Counted from the stretch's first letter, positions 33,338-43,168 are shown. The stretch: 47,115 nt of DNA from Candidatus Methanophagales archaeon (GCA_023131215.1 JAGLZV010000097.1:1-47115); one strand, 5' to 3'. The notes: a model not told the origin generated them from the letters alone. A program made the numbers and translations.

Positions 33338-34501
33338 ATGGGCAGAAGTTCTCGTGAGATGGTTGTAAAGGTCGTCCTTCTGGGTGTAGTGCTGGCGGCT
33401 GTCTCCTTATGTATTTGGTATTACAGTATCCCAACTGAGAGCGACATCCTTGTTCTCGATAAAAGTGTCTTGACCGTGATTTTAGATGACATCCCTGCTA
33501 CCAAGAAAGATGCTATATCTCTGGCACAGGAACGGATTATTAATGCCACTGGCGTTCCGAAACGAAGTTTTGACAGATATTTCACGCTGATAGACACATC
33601 TCACACACAATTTCAATGGCAACTCGTGTACAACGTGACGGGTAACCCTGACTTCACCGTTTTTTTAGTGAAAAAGATACTTCTGGAAGAAGGTTTCGGC
33701 ATCTCGGACAAATATATTGTGGGCATGGTTGGAAGAGATTATTTCGATGCACATTTCAAAAGGAAGTCATTCGAGTCGAACATCGCCTACTACTCTTACA
33801 TCTACGGATACTCACACAACCCAGGTGCAGGTGACTTTGAGCTGTCTATGTGGGTCAGACTTGGAAACGACAGAAGTGTGATTGGACAGCATGTGGTCAC
33901 CACGCCGCAAGAGATTACTGTGAGCAGGGAGCAGGCGATAGATATCGGGAGGGAGAATGGGCTGAAAGACCCTCTGTCAGGTGCTCCTGTTCTGGTTGGC
34001 GGAATAATCTGCTGGAGAGTCGTATGGCAGCATACTCCAACCGCGCGGGACTACGATAATCAGACAGTTTACGGGTTTGATGTCCACTGCACTACTGGAG
34101 AGGTGATAGGCGAGCACAGGTATATTCGACCAACTCCCGCACCACCTCCGCCCATACAGACCGGTCAGATTACGTCCCTCATCGAAAAACTGGGATTTGA
34201 GGACGTAGAAGACGGTGCCATGATACAGGTGAACGTCATGAACAGCGTAGATGAGACGTTTTCCGTTGTTAAAACATTTGGAAGAACAGTTGTGAAAGAG
34301 GGAACAATCGAGAATGCTGACCTTACTCTGTGGATAGACCGCGACATCATCCTGAATGCACTTAAAAGCGATGATGTGGTGAGCTATTTACAGGACAACG
34401 CAACCAGCAGAAACGTAATCGTAGAGCTTCACAAGAACATGGTTCTACTGCAGAAAAAAGGATACATGAGCCTGTACGAAAGAGTGAAAAAAGGTGCGTG
34501 A
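33338..34501 (+). CDS. N-terminally membrane-anchored extracytoplasmic protein, unknown function
   Basis: A single N-terminal TM (VVLLGVVLAAVSLCIWYY), then a 350-aa soluble region without motifs I recognise. Confidence 0.5.
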   Translation: MGRSSREMVVKVVLLGVVLAAVSLCIWYYSIPTESDILVLDKSVLTVILDDIPATKKDAISLAQERIINATGVPKRSFDRYFTLIDTSHTQFQWQLVYNVTGNPDFTVFLVKKILLEEGFGISDKYIVGMVGRDYFDAHFKRKSFESNIAYYSYIYGYSHNPGAGDFELSMWVRLGNDRSVIGQHVVTTPQEITVSREQAIDIGRENGLKDPLSGAPVLVGGIICWRVVWQHTPTARDYDNQTVYGFDVHCTTGEVIGEHRYIRPTPAPPPPIQTGQITSLIEKLGFEDVEDGAMIQVNVMNSVDETFSVVKTFGRTVVKEGTIENADLTLWIDRDIILNALKSDDVVSYLQDNATSRNVIVELHKNMVLLQKKGYMSLYERVKKGA

Positions 34502-34682
34502 TAAGGGCATCCTCCTCCAAAAAATCACAAACTCCAAGCATCAAAATCCAAACAATATCAAATATCAAAATTCCAATATCCAAAACCAGAAACTCCATGT
34601 TTTGATTTTTGGATTTAGAATTTGGGATTTATTTGTGATTTAGTGTTTGGGATTTGGATTTTTCTGCTCTTTATTGAGCATG
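34502..34682. repeat. Long imperfect palindromic spacer between convergent genes
   Basis: AAATCACAAA/TTTGTGATTT and AAATCCAAA/TTTGGATTT word pairs. Same word family as 13172-13351 and the 19.9/20.4-kb repeats. Confidence 0.5.
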
Positions 34683-35450
34683 TTACATAATCCTCTTGCA
34701 CACCTCAAGGTAAACCTCCGAAAGATCCCCTTTTCCTTCCCTGAAAACGTCCTTATCCAAACTTATTATTTCGCCTCTTTTTTCGTATGTTTCCTTATCC
34801 CAGAACCTGCACACATCCGGTGTGCCAACCTCATCCGCAAGAATTATACCCTCTCCTTCTTTGCTTCTACCATATTCCAGCTTAAAGTCCGCCAATATTA
34901 TTCCCCTTTGGGTCAAATAAGACTTCATTATACCCCCAATCCTTCTCGTCTCCCTTTTTATATGTTCTATTTCACCTCTGTCCATCCAACCTCTTTCTAT
35001 TATCTCTTCCTCTGTTATCGGTCGATCAACGCTTTCGAACTTAGTGGTAAATTCCAAAAAGCTCTTGGTTAGAGGCATCCCTTCTCTCTTTTCTTCTTGC
35101 ACGAAAAAATCGCCGCTTATATCCACCTCACCTTTTTCATACCTTTTCCATAAAGACCCATACAGGAAGTTCCGAGCTATTACCTCCACCGGCAAAAGAC
35201 TCACTTCCTCCGCCACTAACTCGTTTTGTGGCACATATTCCTTGAAATGTGTTTTTATTCCCTCGGCTTGCAGGAGCTCAAACCAGAAACATGATAATTT
35301 ACAGCAAATTTCCCCTTTGTTCTTAAAGGATGCTTTTTTCCTGCCATCAAACGCGGTAACTCTATCGGTAAATACGAAAACAATATCACCGTTGGGTCTT
35401 CGATAAATGTCCTTCGCTTTTCCACTTCTTATGTACTTTGCCTCGTTCAT
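34683..35450 (-). CDS. purC: SAICAR synthetase
   Basis: SGKAKDIY...FVFTDRVTAFDG...KGEIC...F..L...GIKTHF, the canonical PurC N-terminus. Confidence 0.85.
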   Translation of the reverse strand: MNEAKYIRSGKAKDIYRRPNGDIVFVFTDRVTAFDGRKKASFKNKGEICCKLSCFWFELLQAEGIKTHFKEYVPQNELVAEEVSLLPVEVIARNFLYGSLWKRYEKGEVDISGDFFVQEEKREGMPLTKSFLEFTTKFESVDRPITEEEIIERGWMDRGEIEHIKRETRRIGGIMKSYLTQRGIILADFKLEYGRSKEGEGIILADEVGTPDVCRFWDKETYEKRGEIISLDKDVFREGKGDLSEVYLEVCKRIM

Positions 35451-35541
35451 GTGCTTTTCACATATAAATTACCAGTCTATTTTAAATATACCGATTAATA
35501 ACATACCTATTTATACCTATACATAAGATGGAAGAAAAAAA

Positions 35542-36114
35542 ATGAGAACAGCAAGCATAAAAAGGAAGACAAAAGAAACGAATATCGAAGTAGAATTGAA
35601 CCTTGACGGTGTCGGGACGCAGGACATAAGTACAACGATAAAATTCTTTGACCACATGCTCGCAGCTTTTTCAAAACATGGATTTTTTGATCTGGTTGTG
35701 AAGGCAGAGGGGGACTTGAGCCACCACGTCATAGAAGACACCGGGATTGTGTTAGGTGAGGCGTTTAAAAAAGCAATTGGAGGAGTTGAATCTGAGGAAA
35801 GAGAAAAGACCGTGAGGTTTGGCTATGCAATTGTACCGATGGACGAGTCCATTGCAAGATGCGCAGTGGACATAGGGGGTATAGGAGGAGAAGGGAGAAG
35901 TTATAGCGTGTTCGAGGCGGATTTCGGTAAAGAAAGAGTAGAGGATATTAACACTGAGAACATACCACATTTCATCAATTCTTTTGCCATGCATGCAAAC
36001 TTCACCATTCACGTGTATGCAAAGGGTGAGAACGAGCACCACAAGATAGAAGCGATTTTTAAAGCCCTGGGAGTTGCATTAGACAAGGCAACGAGGATGG
36101 AAGAAAGAAGGTAA
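35542..36114 (+). CDS. hisB: Imidazoleglycerol-phosphate dehydratase
   Basis: RKTKETNIEVELNLDG, FFDHML, HHVIEDTGI and ENEHHKIEAIFKALG motifs. Confidence 0.9.
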   Translation: MRTASIKRKTKETNIEVELNLDGVGTQDISTTIKFFDHMLAAFSKHGFFDLVVKAEGDLSHHVIEDTGIVLGEAFKKAIGGVESEEREKTVRFGYAIVPMDESIARCAVDIGGIGGEGRSYSVFEADFGKERVEDINTENIPHFINSFAMHANFTIHVYAKGENEHHKIEAIFKALGVALDKATRMEERR

Positions 36115-36164
36115 GCGAAGGAGAGCAAGCACGAAATCTATTGAAGTAGCAATAAGATTGTGGT

Positions 36165-36331
36165 AAAGTTATTTCTTTGATCAAACTTTCTTTACACTTT
36201 TTCTTTTTACAAAACACTTTCTTTCTAAAGAAAGAACCTGTGCTAAGAAAGAGTATAATTCTTTTGGTAAAGCTTTTCTTTCTAAGAAAAGGTTTTTAGT
36301 CAAGGTTTTTACCGGAGGTAAAAAAGTTGAA
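36165..36331. repeat. Second long copy of the GAAAG/CTTTC palindrome-rich element
   Basis: ATTTCTTTGATCAAACTTTCTTT..., CCTGTGCTAA and CTTTACC modules matching 14391-14566 in inverted order. Confidence 0.6.
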
Positions 36332-37405
36332 ATGTGGACAGAAAAATACCGGCCGAAGAGGTTGGATGAAATCTCAGGGCAAGCCCAGGTGGTGAAACGG
36401 ATAAAAGGGTTTGTCAAGGAAAAAACAATACCAAATCTCTTACTCTGGGGTCAAAAAGGTACAGGTAAGACTTCTCTGGTTTATGCCTTAGCAAAGGAAC
36501 TCTATGGAGAGTTCTACGATGAGAACATCATGCTTATAGAAACCTCTGATTTCGTTGAACAGAGAAAAAAATGGTTAAAAGAGGATAAAAGATTCAAATT
36601 CTTTTACGATGAGCAGAAATCAGCGATAGACATTTTTAAGGAAATGATAAGGGAATATGCAGCGTTGAGACCCATAAATGCCTCTTTCAAATTACTATTT
36701 TTCAGTAACGCTGATTTTCTGCCTGTGAATGCACAGCAAGCGTTGCGGAGGGTTATGGAACGGAGTAACAAAACATGTAGATTCATTTTCGCGACCACAA
36801 AACCCGCTGGTGTAATACCCGCCATAAGGTCAAGATGCCTGAACCTTCACTTCACGCCTTTAGGCAAAAGCGGTGCGCTGGATACATTGATAAAGTCAAT
36901 AGCAGAGGAAGAAGGGGTAAAACTTACAGAAGGTGGTTTAAAAACGCTGCGGGAATATGCGAGAGGCGATGCTGGAGCTGCTATAAATATGCTGGAAGCA
37001 GCAGCAACGGCGACACTGTGGGGTTCTGCCCCACGACCCCGCAAGCCCAGTAAGGGCTTAATTGATGCGCGCAGAATAGAAAAAGTAGTGCGGAATGCGT
37101 TTTTTCAACGGAAGAAAGCAGAGGAGCTGATAGATTCGGCATTTGCATCTCGACATAAAGAAGTGAGAGCGGGATTAGAAATACTGATAAAAGACGAGAG
37201 AATAGGAGGAAGAGAAATTATGCTGGAGATACATGAGGCGTTGCGAAGGAAGATGAAAGCGGGGATGGCAACGGAGGAATCGAAACTATTCGCCAGGCTT
37301 GTTTTATACGAAGGCGAAACCGATTTCAAACTTTGTAATTCTTTAAATCCTATGATACATTTAGAAGAGATGATAATGAAAATGTCAAAAGATATGGGGT
37401 TATGA
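36332..37405 (+). CDS. Replication factor C small-subunit-like AAA+ protein, divergent
   Basis: MWTEKYRPKRLDEISGQ (RFC box II), Walker A GQKGTGKT and the SRC motif IRSRC. SNAD sits at the DEAD position. Contains the repeat-encoded LWGSAPRPRKPSKGL segment. Confidence 0.7.
   Translation: MWTEKYRPKRLDEISGQAQVVKRIKGFVKEKTIPNLLLWGQKGTGKTSLVYALAKELYGEFYDENIMLIETSDFVEQRKKWLKEDKRFKFFYDEQKSAIDIFKEMIREYAALRPINASFKLLFFSNADFLPVNAQQALRRVMERSNKTCRFIFATTKPAGVIPAIRSRCLNLHFTPLGKSGALDTLIKSIAEEEGVKLTEGGLKTLREYARGDAGAAINMLEAAATATLWGSAPRPRKPSKGLIDARRIEKVVRNAFFQRKKAEELIDSAFASRHKEVRAGLEILIKDERIGGREIMLEIHEALRRKMKAGMATEESKLFARLVLYEGETDFKLCNSLNPMIHLEEMIMKMSKDMGL
37020..37060. repeat. 41-nt copy of the GC-rich element, embedded in frame in the RFC-like CDS
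   Basis: GGGGTTCTGCCCCACGACCCCGCAAGCCCAGTAAGGGCTTA versus the intergenic copy at 13269-13310. Confidence 0.7.
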
Positions 37406-37410
37406 TATCC

Positions 37411-37569
37411 TCACTTCTTCCTCACCCTTATCTCCATCTCCTTCCAGTCCTCCTTCACGCCCTTTAACGCAGAAACCGCACCAGCAATTGCCCTTCCCAT
37501 CACGTTCTGCACGAACTCGTTTGTTCCTATCTCTTCCTTATCCACAAATATCTCCACTTCTACTTCCAT
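37411..37569 (-). CDS. Candidate 52-aa small protein downstream of moaA (uncertain)
   Basis: The minus-strand ORF MEVEVEIFVDKEEIGTNEFVQNVMGRAIAGAVSALKGVKEDWKEMEIRVRKK fills an otherwise empty spacer. It falls below the ORF-track length cut-off. Confidence 0.3.
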   Translation of the reverse strand: MEVEVEIFVDKEEIGTNEFVQNVMGRAIAGAVSALKGVKEDWKEMEIRVRKK

Positions 37570-37627
37570 TATTTTCCTGCTCCCTCTATAAAATATGGAA
37601 TTGTTACTTATTTTAATTGTAATTGTA

Positions 37628-38632
37628 CTATTTTCTCGTGGAAATCTGTGTAATCTTGTGGTTAGCTAAATTCTTACCAAAAAACGGCTCTCTATATCTC
37701 ATCGCCAGCTTCAATTTGTTTACTATGTGCTCCTCGTCAACGCTCTCTATGGGAACGAGATTATCATTTCTCAGCAAACAGGGCTTTATCTTTCCTTCGG
37801 AGGTTATTCTTAATCGAGAGCAGTTCGCACAGAACTCCGTATTATCTATCGGATGAACAACCTCTACTTCTACGCCATCCACGAAATATTTTCGCCTGTG
37901 CTGCAGCCGTCTCGTTTTTATAGCCGATGCCTTCGATTTGAGTTCCACTTCGACTTCATAAAAGTCAGCTTCATAAGTTAGCATGGAAGGGTTAAAAGAA
38001 GGAATCAATTCTATTAACTGCAAGATTGCCGCTTCTCCACTTCCTCTTTTATTGCACTCACGCAGAAAATCCATCATGCCAACTATCTCATCCTCGTTTA
38101 TTCCTTTTAGGAGAACCATATTCAGCTTGAGCGGCGTAAGACCTGCGTCAATCGCACTGTGAATTCCGTCAATCACCTTTTGGAGATTGTTGCTCGAAGA
38201 GGTGATGAAATCGTATCTTTCCTCTTTAAGCGAATCCAGGCTGACGTTCACCCTATCCAAGCCCGCATCTGCAAGTTCTGCCGCATATTTGCTCAAGAAT
38301 ATGCCATTTGTAGTTGTCGATATGTCATCCTCAAAATCTCTCATGCCCTGAACTATGTCCACGAGGTCATCCCGCATCAAAGGCTCGCCACCTGAAAATT
38401 TTATTTTCCTTATGTCAAAATAATCCGATGCAACTCTTGCTATTTCTATTACGAGTTCAGCACTTATTTCTTCCCTATCTCTTTCCTCTCTTCTCCCTTC
38501 TCCCTCACGATGACAATAGATGCAATTCAAGTTACAGCAGTTCGTGATAGAAAATCTCAAACTCCTTATCTCCCTGCCGTAATCGTCTATTAATCTTTCT
38601 TTCTCCCTTTTTACTTCCTCTTTTGGGTTCAT
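37628..38632 (-). CDS. moaA: GTP 3',8-cyclase (radical SAM molybdenum cofactor biosynthesis protein A)
   Basis: CNLNCIYCH radical-SAM cluster, GGEPLMR and a C-terminal CANCSRLR cluster. The last roughly 10 codons lie in the dispersed element at 37630-37660. Confidence 0.85.
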   Translation of the reverse strand: MNPKEEVKREKERLIDDYGREIRSLRFSITNCCNLNCIYCHREGEGRREERDREEISAELVIEIARVASDYFDIRKIKFSGGEPLMRDDLVDIVQGMRDFEDDISTTTNGIFLSKYAAELADAGLDRVNVSLDSLKEERYDFITSSSNNLQKVIDGIHSAIDAGLTPLKLNMVLLKGINEDEIVGMMDFLRECNKRGSGEAAILQLIELIPSFNPSMLTYEADFYEVEVELKSKASAIKTRRLQHRRKYFVDGVEVEVVHPIDNTEFCANCSRLRITSEGKIKPCLLRNDNLVPIESVDEEHIVNKLKLAMRYREPFFGKNLANHKITQISTRK

Positions 38633-38641
38633 CCTCCAGTT

Positions 38642-39229
38642 TCAGGTGAGTATCATACTTATCATCAATACAACAATCGCAATCCCAAAAATAACTCCAT
38701 ATATCCTCTTATCCCATGCTAACACCTTTTTTCCATCTAATATGCTAATCGGAATCATATTGAAAACAGCCAGCAATGCGTTTATTATCACCCCAAACCA
38801 GCCTATGTCTTTAAAAATACCCGGAGGAGCAAGGATGAAAAGAGGTAAGAAAAGGAAAGCTAATGCCACGTTCATCACCGGACCTGCCAGTGCTATCTTC
38901 CCATTCTCCTCTCTCGTGAGATAAGGATTGAATATCATGACTGCGCCAGGCGCTGCAAATATGAACCCCATAAAAGCTGTTAGTATTGCTACGAGTAACA
39001 TAAAAGGTGCCATCCTGAACTCTGACCATGCACCATATCTCTGAGCAACCACTTTATGAGCGAGTTCATGAAAGATAAATGCGAAGCCAACGGTAACAGC
39101 CGAAATAAAAAATATTGGAAAAAAACTCCGACTGTGCCATCCTCTTAAGAGAATGGCAAAGGCGAAAGAAATAGCCAGCCATGCGATCAAAAGATGTTTT
39201 ATTTCTGTTTCGCTTGTTTTTATCGGCAT
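38642..39229 (-). CDS. M50-family (site-2 protease-like) membrane metalloprotease
   Basis: HELAHKVVA (HExxH) in a TM helix and FNMIPISILDG (NxxPxxxLDG). Confidence 0.7.
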   Translation of the reverse strand: MPIKTSETEIKHLLIAWLAISFAFAILLRGWHSRSFFPIFFISAVTVGFAFIFHELAHKVVAQRYGAWSEFRMAPFMLLVAILTAFMGFIFAAPGAVMIFNPYLTREENGKIALAGPVMNVALAFLFLPLFILAPPGIFKDIGWFGVIINALLAVFNMIPISILDGKKVLAWDKRIYGVIFGIAIVVLMISMILT

Positions 39230-39254
39230 TTTTACCCGGTACTAAGTTAATTAA

Positions 39255-39327
39255 TAGCCCGGGACGGATTCGAACCGACGTCACGAGGTCCAGGGCCTCG
39301 GATGATTGACCTCTACACTACCGGGCT
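39255..39327 (-). tRNA. tRNA-Gln (anticodon CUG)
   Basis: Hand-folded cloverleaf: acceptor AGCCCGG/CCGGGCT, anticodon stem CGAGG/CCTCG with loop CCCUGGA, T-loop TTCGAAT. No encoded CCA. Oddities: C at position 33 and a U50-U64 mismatch. Confidence 0.75.
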
Positions 39328-39348
39328 ATTTTCTTATATACACTTTTT

Positions 39349-39358
39349 GATATAAAAA
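39349..39358 (-). promoter_or_regulatory. TATA-box-like TTTTTATATC upstream of tRNA-Gln
   Basis: It lies 22-31 nt upstream of the mature 5' end, the expected spacing for an archaeal TATA box. Confidence 0.4.
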
Positions 39359-39460
39359 CGTGAAAAAAAGTTTCTTTAAATTTTAAAAAGACTGCTGAAC
39401 TTGGAGTTACTACATATCTCTTAAAGTTTGATCAAAACGCTTCGCAATGCAGTGTCACTG

Positions 39461-40285
39461 TCAGGCGCTTTTTGTCCCCGCTTTTAAACTCCTTGCAAAC
39501 TCCTCTATCCCTTTAAGCATACTCTTTCTGCCTTCTAATCCCGATCCAAAACCCTGCTCTATTATTCTTATGAATGCACTACCCACGATTGCACCGTCTG
39601 CGACCTCGCAAACCGCTCTTACGTGCTCTGGTTTTGAAATGCCAAATCCAACCGCCAGAGGTACATGTCTATCTCTTGATAATTCCATTTCCTTTATCCT
39701 TCCGATATGAGGGCTTATCGAATCAGAAAGCTTCTCCCTCGCTCCCGTTACGCCAAGCAGCGATACCACATAAATAAATCCTGATGCAGCGTCCATAATC
39801 TTCGCCATTCTCTTCTCAGTGGTCGTAGGTGCAACGAGAAATATCAAATCAGTTTCATATCCCTCGCATATTCTTAGCAGCGGTTTTGCCTCCTCTACTG
39901 GTAAATCCGGCACCACTAATCCCGCTATCCCCGCTGATTCACAATCCCTTACGAATTCCTCCAGCCCTCTTTGTAACACCAGATTGTAATAAGTAAGGCA
40001 AACTTTTTCCACTCCTTTTATTCCCGCAGCGACTTCAAAATATAAATCCGGATTCATTCCTGCTCTCAAACTGCTTTCACTCGCTCGCTGTATCGTAACA
40101 CCATCTGCAATAGGGTCAGAGAAAGGCAAACCAAGCTCCAAAATGTCCACTCCTCCTTTAATTAAAGCGTCTGCTATCTCCTTGGTATCTTCGGCAGTGG
40201 GATAGCCCGCGGTCACGAAGCCTATCAATGCTTTCTCATTCTTTTTCCTCAGTTCGTTGAATTTGTTTTCCAAACTCATATTCAT
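39461..40285 (-). CDS. trpA: Tryptophan synthase alpha chain
   Basis: GFVTAGYPT, ELGLPFSDPIADG and GFGIS motifs. No trpB adjacent in this window. Confidence 0.85.
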   Translation of the reverse strand: MNMSLENKFNELRKKNEKALIGFVTAGYPTAEDTKEIADALIKGGVDILELGLPFSDPIADGVTIQRASESSLRAGMNPDLYFEVAAGIKGVEKVCLTYYNLVLQRGLEEFVRDCESAGIAGLVVPDLPVEEAKPLLRICEGYETDLIFLVAPTTTEKRMAKIMDAASGFIYVVSLLGVTGAREKLSDSISPHIGRIKEMELSRDRHVPLAVGFGISKPEHVRAVCEVADGAIVGSAFIRIIEQGFGSGLEGRKSMLKGIEEFARSLKAGTKSA

Positions 40286-40415
40286 CCTTTCATCAACCTC
40301 TTAACTTCTCCACAAATCCTTTTACGTCTTTCACTAATAAAAAGGGTGAGTTATTTATTATTTTCTTCTCTCGAAGTTTCCTGCAGGATCAGAAAGAGCA
40401 GTTTTCGCACAAATT

Positions 40416-43064
40416 TTAAAATTCCAGCTTCAAAGTAACTATCTCAAAAGGTTTTATCGTCAACCCTATTCTTTCGCCCTCTATTTTCAACTCCTTTTTC
40501 ACTTCCTCGTCCTCTTCCTCCAGCAAGTTCACTGCCCTGACCGCCTTTGGCTCTCTAAACAGTGTTATTTCAGCATCCGTCTCTTCTCCATTCGTTTCGT
40601 AAAATCGCAAGATCACTTCATCCCCATCCTCCGCTTTTTTCAGCGCGGATAAAACCACATTTTCAGGCTCTATTTTCAAAAAAGACCGTTTCAAAGGAAG
40701 TTTTTTGTCCTCCCGCAATTGTATTGCATCCAAATGACAGTTAAACTCAAAAGCATATTTGTAGGACGAAGCTTCACGCCAATCTCCTTTGTGCGGATAA
40801 ATGGAATATCTGAATTCATATCTTCTCAACTCCTGCGCATCCGGAACCGGTATTGCAGGACCTGTCCTGCCATCTGAGGACAGCATTAAAACGCTTCTTA
40901 GCAGTGTTAAATAGACGTCACCATCTCTTACCTCGTTTTCCGGTATCCCCCTGTGTATCACGGTTAAGCCCTTCTTTCCATCGGAATAATCAAGCCATTT
41001 CAGCGAGGGGAATACACCACAGGGTTCTTCCACCCACTCCTCTTTTGGCTTATAGTACCACTGGTCTGTCGGTCGAGAAACAACGCCAAATTGACTCCCG
41101 CAGGCATAAGTCAAAGATTTCATATCTGTGGAGAACCTGACCCTGAGCCGTGCCCTCGGATGCTTGTCCACTACGGTCGTGATGAAATCTATTCTCGGAA
41201 TGTCTTTATAAACTATTATTTTCTTTGAACATTCGAGGAATTTATGCCGCCATATACGTGGCTCCATTTTCTCCGTCAATCGGTACGGCCAGCGTAGCGA
41301 AAAATAATTTGTCTCGACGTTGATAACACGTCTCAAAGGACTTTTATCTATCCTAAAGTCCTCCACCCTGAACGAGCCATACTTCACTCCTTCTCCCTTT
41401 TCTGTTTTCAATGGGATACCCAGTGTTTGCCGGTGGTAGTAAAGGTCGCCGGTTTCTTCCTCCAGCACAAGCTCATTTGCCGTGCAAAGCTTCTCGCGCT
41501 CGCCGCAAATCACGTCAACCAAACCCGTACCTGGGTCCACATCAACCCAAAAGAATCTGTTTTGTATGGTGTTCCCCCTTATCATGATAAAATTCGGGTC
41601 ATAACGATACCGTTTCGGCTCCCGCTCAAGGATTTTATACACCTTGTAGCCCACGGCAGGAACCGTAGGAGCAAATCCTATCCGAGCATATCTCAACGTG
41701 TCATCCTCATACCTCGCAAATTTTATGACTTCCACATCTATCTCCTCTTCTCCGCTTTTTAATCCTTTTATCGTTACCACTTTACCTCTGTCAAAGTTCA
41801 AATCCATCTCTACCCAGTTCCTCACTTCCCACGACAGCGAATTAAATACTATTATATCTCCATATTCATGCATCATCAATGGCAGCATAGGGATATTTTT
41901 GGGTTCAACCCCTACCCCTTCCTCCGATTCCGCCTCTATTACTTGAATATGTGTGCGAAGGCATCGGGCAGTCATTTCAGTATTGAAAAAGCCACGGAAG
42001 TGCCTCACCTCATCGTAACCCGCATCCATACCCGTTCCAGGAGCCACGTCATGAAATGCAATGTACAAAATTTTACGCCAGCAATTTCTCGCATCCTCAG
42101 AAGGATAGGGATTATTCAGGAGGTAGTTTATTGTACCCCATCGCTCGCAGCACGTCAACCAACCCTCATACTCGCAAAGCATCTGTTTTAGCCACATTCT
42201 GCTCGAGCAGCAATTTGGAAACACCTCTGAATACTTACCTGAATACATCTCTCCTTTCCTCACGTCCATCTTAATATCTTGGTCTTCTATTTCGTCCTCC
42301 AGTGCTTCAAAGAATTCACCCGGCGTAGCTATCTTCATCTCCGCTACTTCTCTTTTCTTCTCATTCCATTCCCTCACAGCCTCCGGTGTTTCCGGTTGCG
42401 GCATCGTAACTCCACTCCCGGAAGGCATCAGGATACGAGAGGTTGCCGCCAGGGCCTTGAGTTTCTCATAGCTTTCCTCCAGCTTTGTCAAGTCCAATCC
42501 TGCCCTGTATCCTAAAGGCATCCAGTGAGCTAAAATCCTCGTGCCATCCAAACCCTCCCAGAGGAATTCCGAAGGTTTTCTCTTTGATGCCCCTCTTCTG
42601 AATGCAACATACCTGTATCCCGATTTCTTGTATATCTGCGGTAGCTGGGCATTCAAACCAAAGCTGTCTGCCTGCCACATTACCGGGACGTCAACCCCGA
42701 ACTTCTCCTTCACGTATCTTTTACCAAGCAGGATTTCTCTTATCAACGTTTCTCCATCCGGAAGCATCGTATCTGCCATCAGGTATTCCCCGTCGGCAAT
42801 CTCTATCGCACCTTCCTTTATGCTCTTCGCAATCTTTGAGAATACTTCCGGATACCTCTTCTCCATCTCCTCCAGCAGAAAGGTTTGTTCTATCAGGAAC
42901 TTGTAATCAGTCTTTTCAATAAGCTCAGCCACCTCCTTCAGAATGGACACCATGTTGATGTAAAAATAGTCCTCCTTCGTGAAGACCCAGATAGCATCAT
43001 AATGCGTGTGGGGGACGAGATAAATCGTATCTTTTTCTTCTCCTTCTTTCTTTCCGTTTGTCAT
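40416..43064 (-). CDS. Glycoside hydrolase family 38 alpha-mannosidase
   Basis: The N-terminal VPHTHYDAIW metal-binding motif, QADSFG, and an overall length of 882 aa are typical of GH38. Confidence 0.8.
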   Translation of the reverse strand: MTNGKKEGEEKDTIYLVPHTHYDAIWVFTKEDYFYINMVSILKEVAELIEKTDYKFLIEQTFLLEEMEKRYPEVFSKIAKSIKEGAIEIADGEYLMADTMLPDGETLIREILLGKRYVKEKFGVDVPVMWQADSFGLNAQLPQIYKKSGYRYVAFRRGASKRKPSEFLWEGLDGTRILAHWMPLGYRAGLDLTKLEESYEKLKALAATSRILMPSGSGVTMPQPETPEAVREWNEKKREVAEMKIATPGEFFEALEDEIEDQDIKMDVRKGEMYSGKYSEVFPNCCSSRMWLKQMLCEYEGWLTCCERWGTINYLLNNPYPSEDARNCWRKILYIAFHDVAPGTGMDAGYDEVRHFRGFFNTEMTARCLRTHIQVIEAESEEGVGVEPKNIPMLPLMMHEYGDIIVFNSLSWEVRNWVEMDLNFDRGKVVTIKGLKSGEEEIDVEVIKFARYEDDTLRYARIGFAPTVPAVGYKVYKILEREPKRYRYDPNFIMIRGNTIQNRFFWVDVDPGTGLVDVICGEREKLCTANELVLEEETGDLYYHRQTLGIPLKTEKGEGVKYGSFRVEDFRIDKSPLRRVINVETNYFSLRWPYRLTEKMEPRIWRHKFLECSKKIIVYKDIPRIDFITTVVDKHPRARLRVRFSTDMKSLTYACGSQFGVVSRPTDQWYYKPKEEWVEEPCGVFPSLKWLDYSDGKKGLTVIHRGIPENEVRDGDVYLTLLRSVLMLSSDGRTGPAIPVPDAQELRRYEFRYSIYPHKGDWREASSYKYAFEFNCHLDAIQLREDKKLPLKRSFLKIEPENVVLSALKKAEDGDEVILRFYETNGEETDAEITLFREPKAVRAVNLLEEEDEEVKKELKIEGERIGLTIKPFEIVTLKLEF

Positions 43065-43168
43065 AGCTCGCAGTTAATATCAATTATTAAACATAGCTAC
43101 AATAAAAGAAGAATAAAAATTTAAATGCGTTTGCTATATATAATAAATTATCATCAAACGAAAGGGGT

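Noticed and set aside
36332-37405. Intein in the RFC-like gene
   Set aside because: The extra sequence is only about 14 aa (repeat-derived) plus a short insertion between Walker A and B. There are no intein splicing blocks or endonuclease domain.
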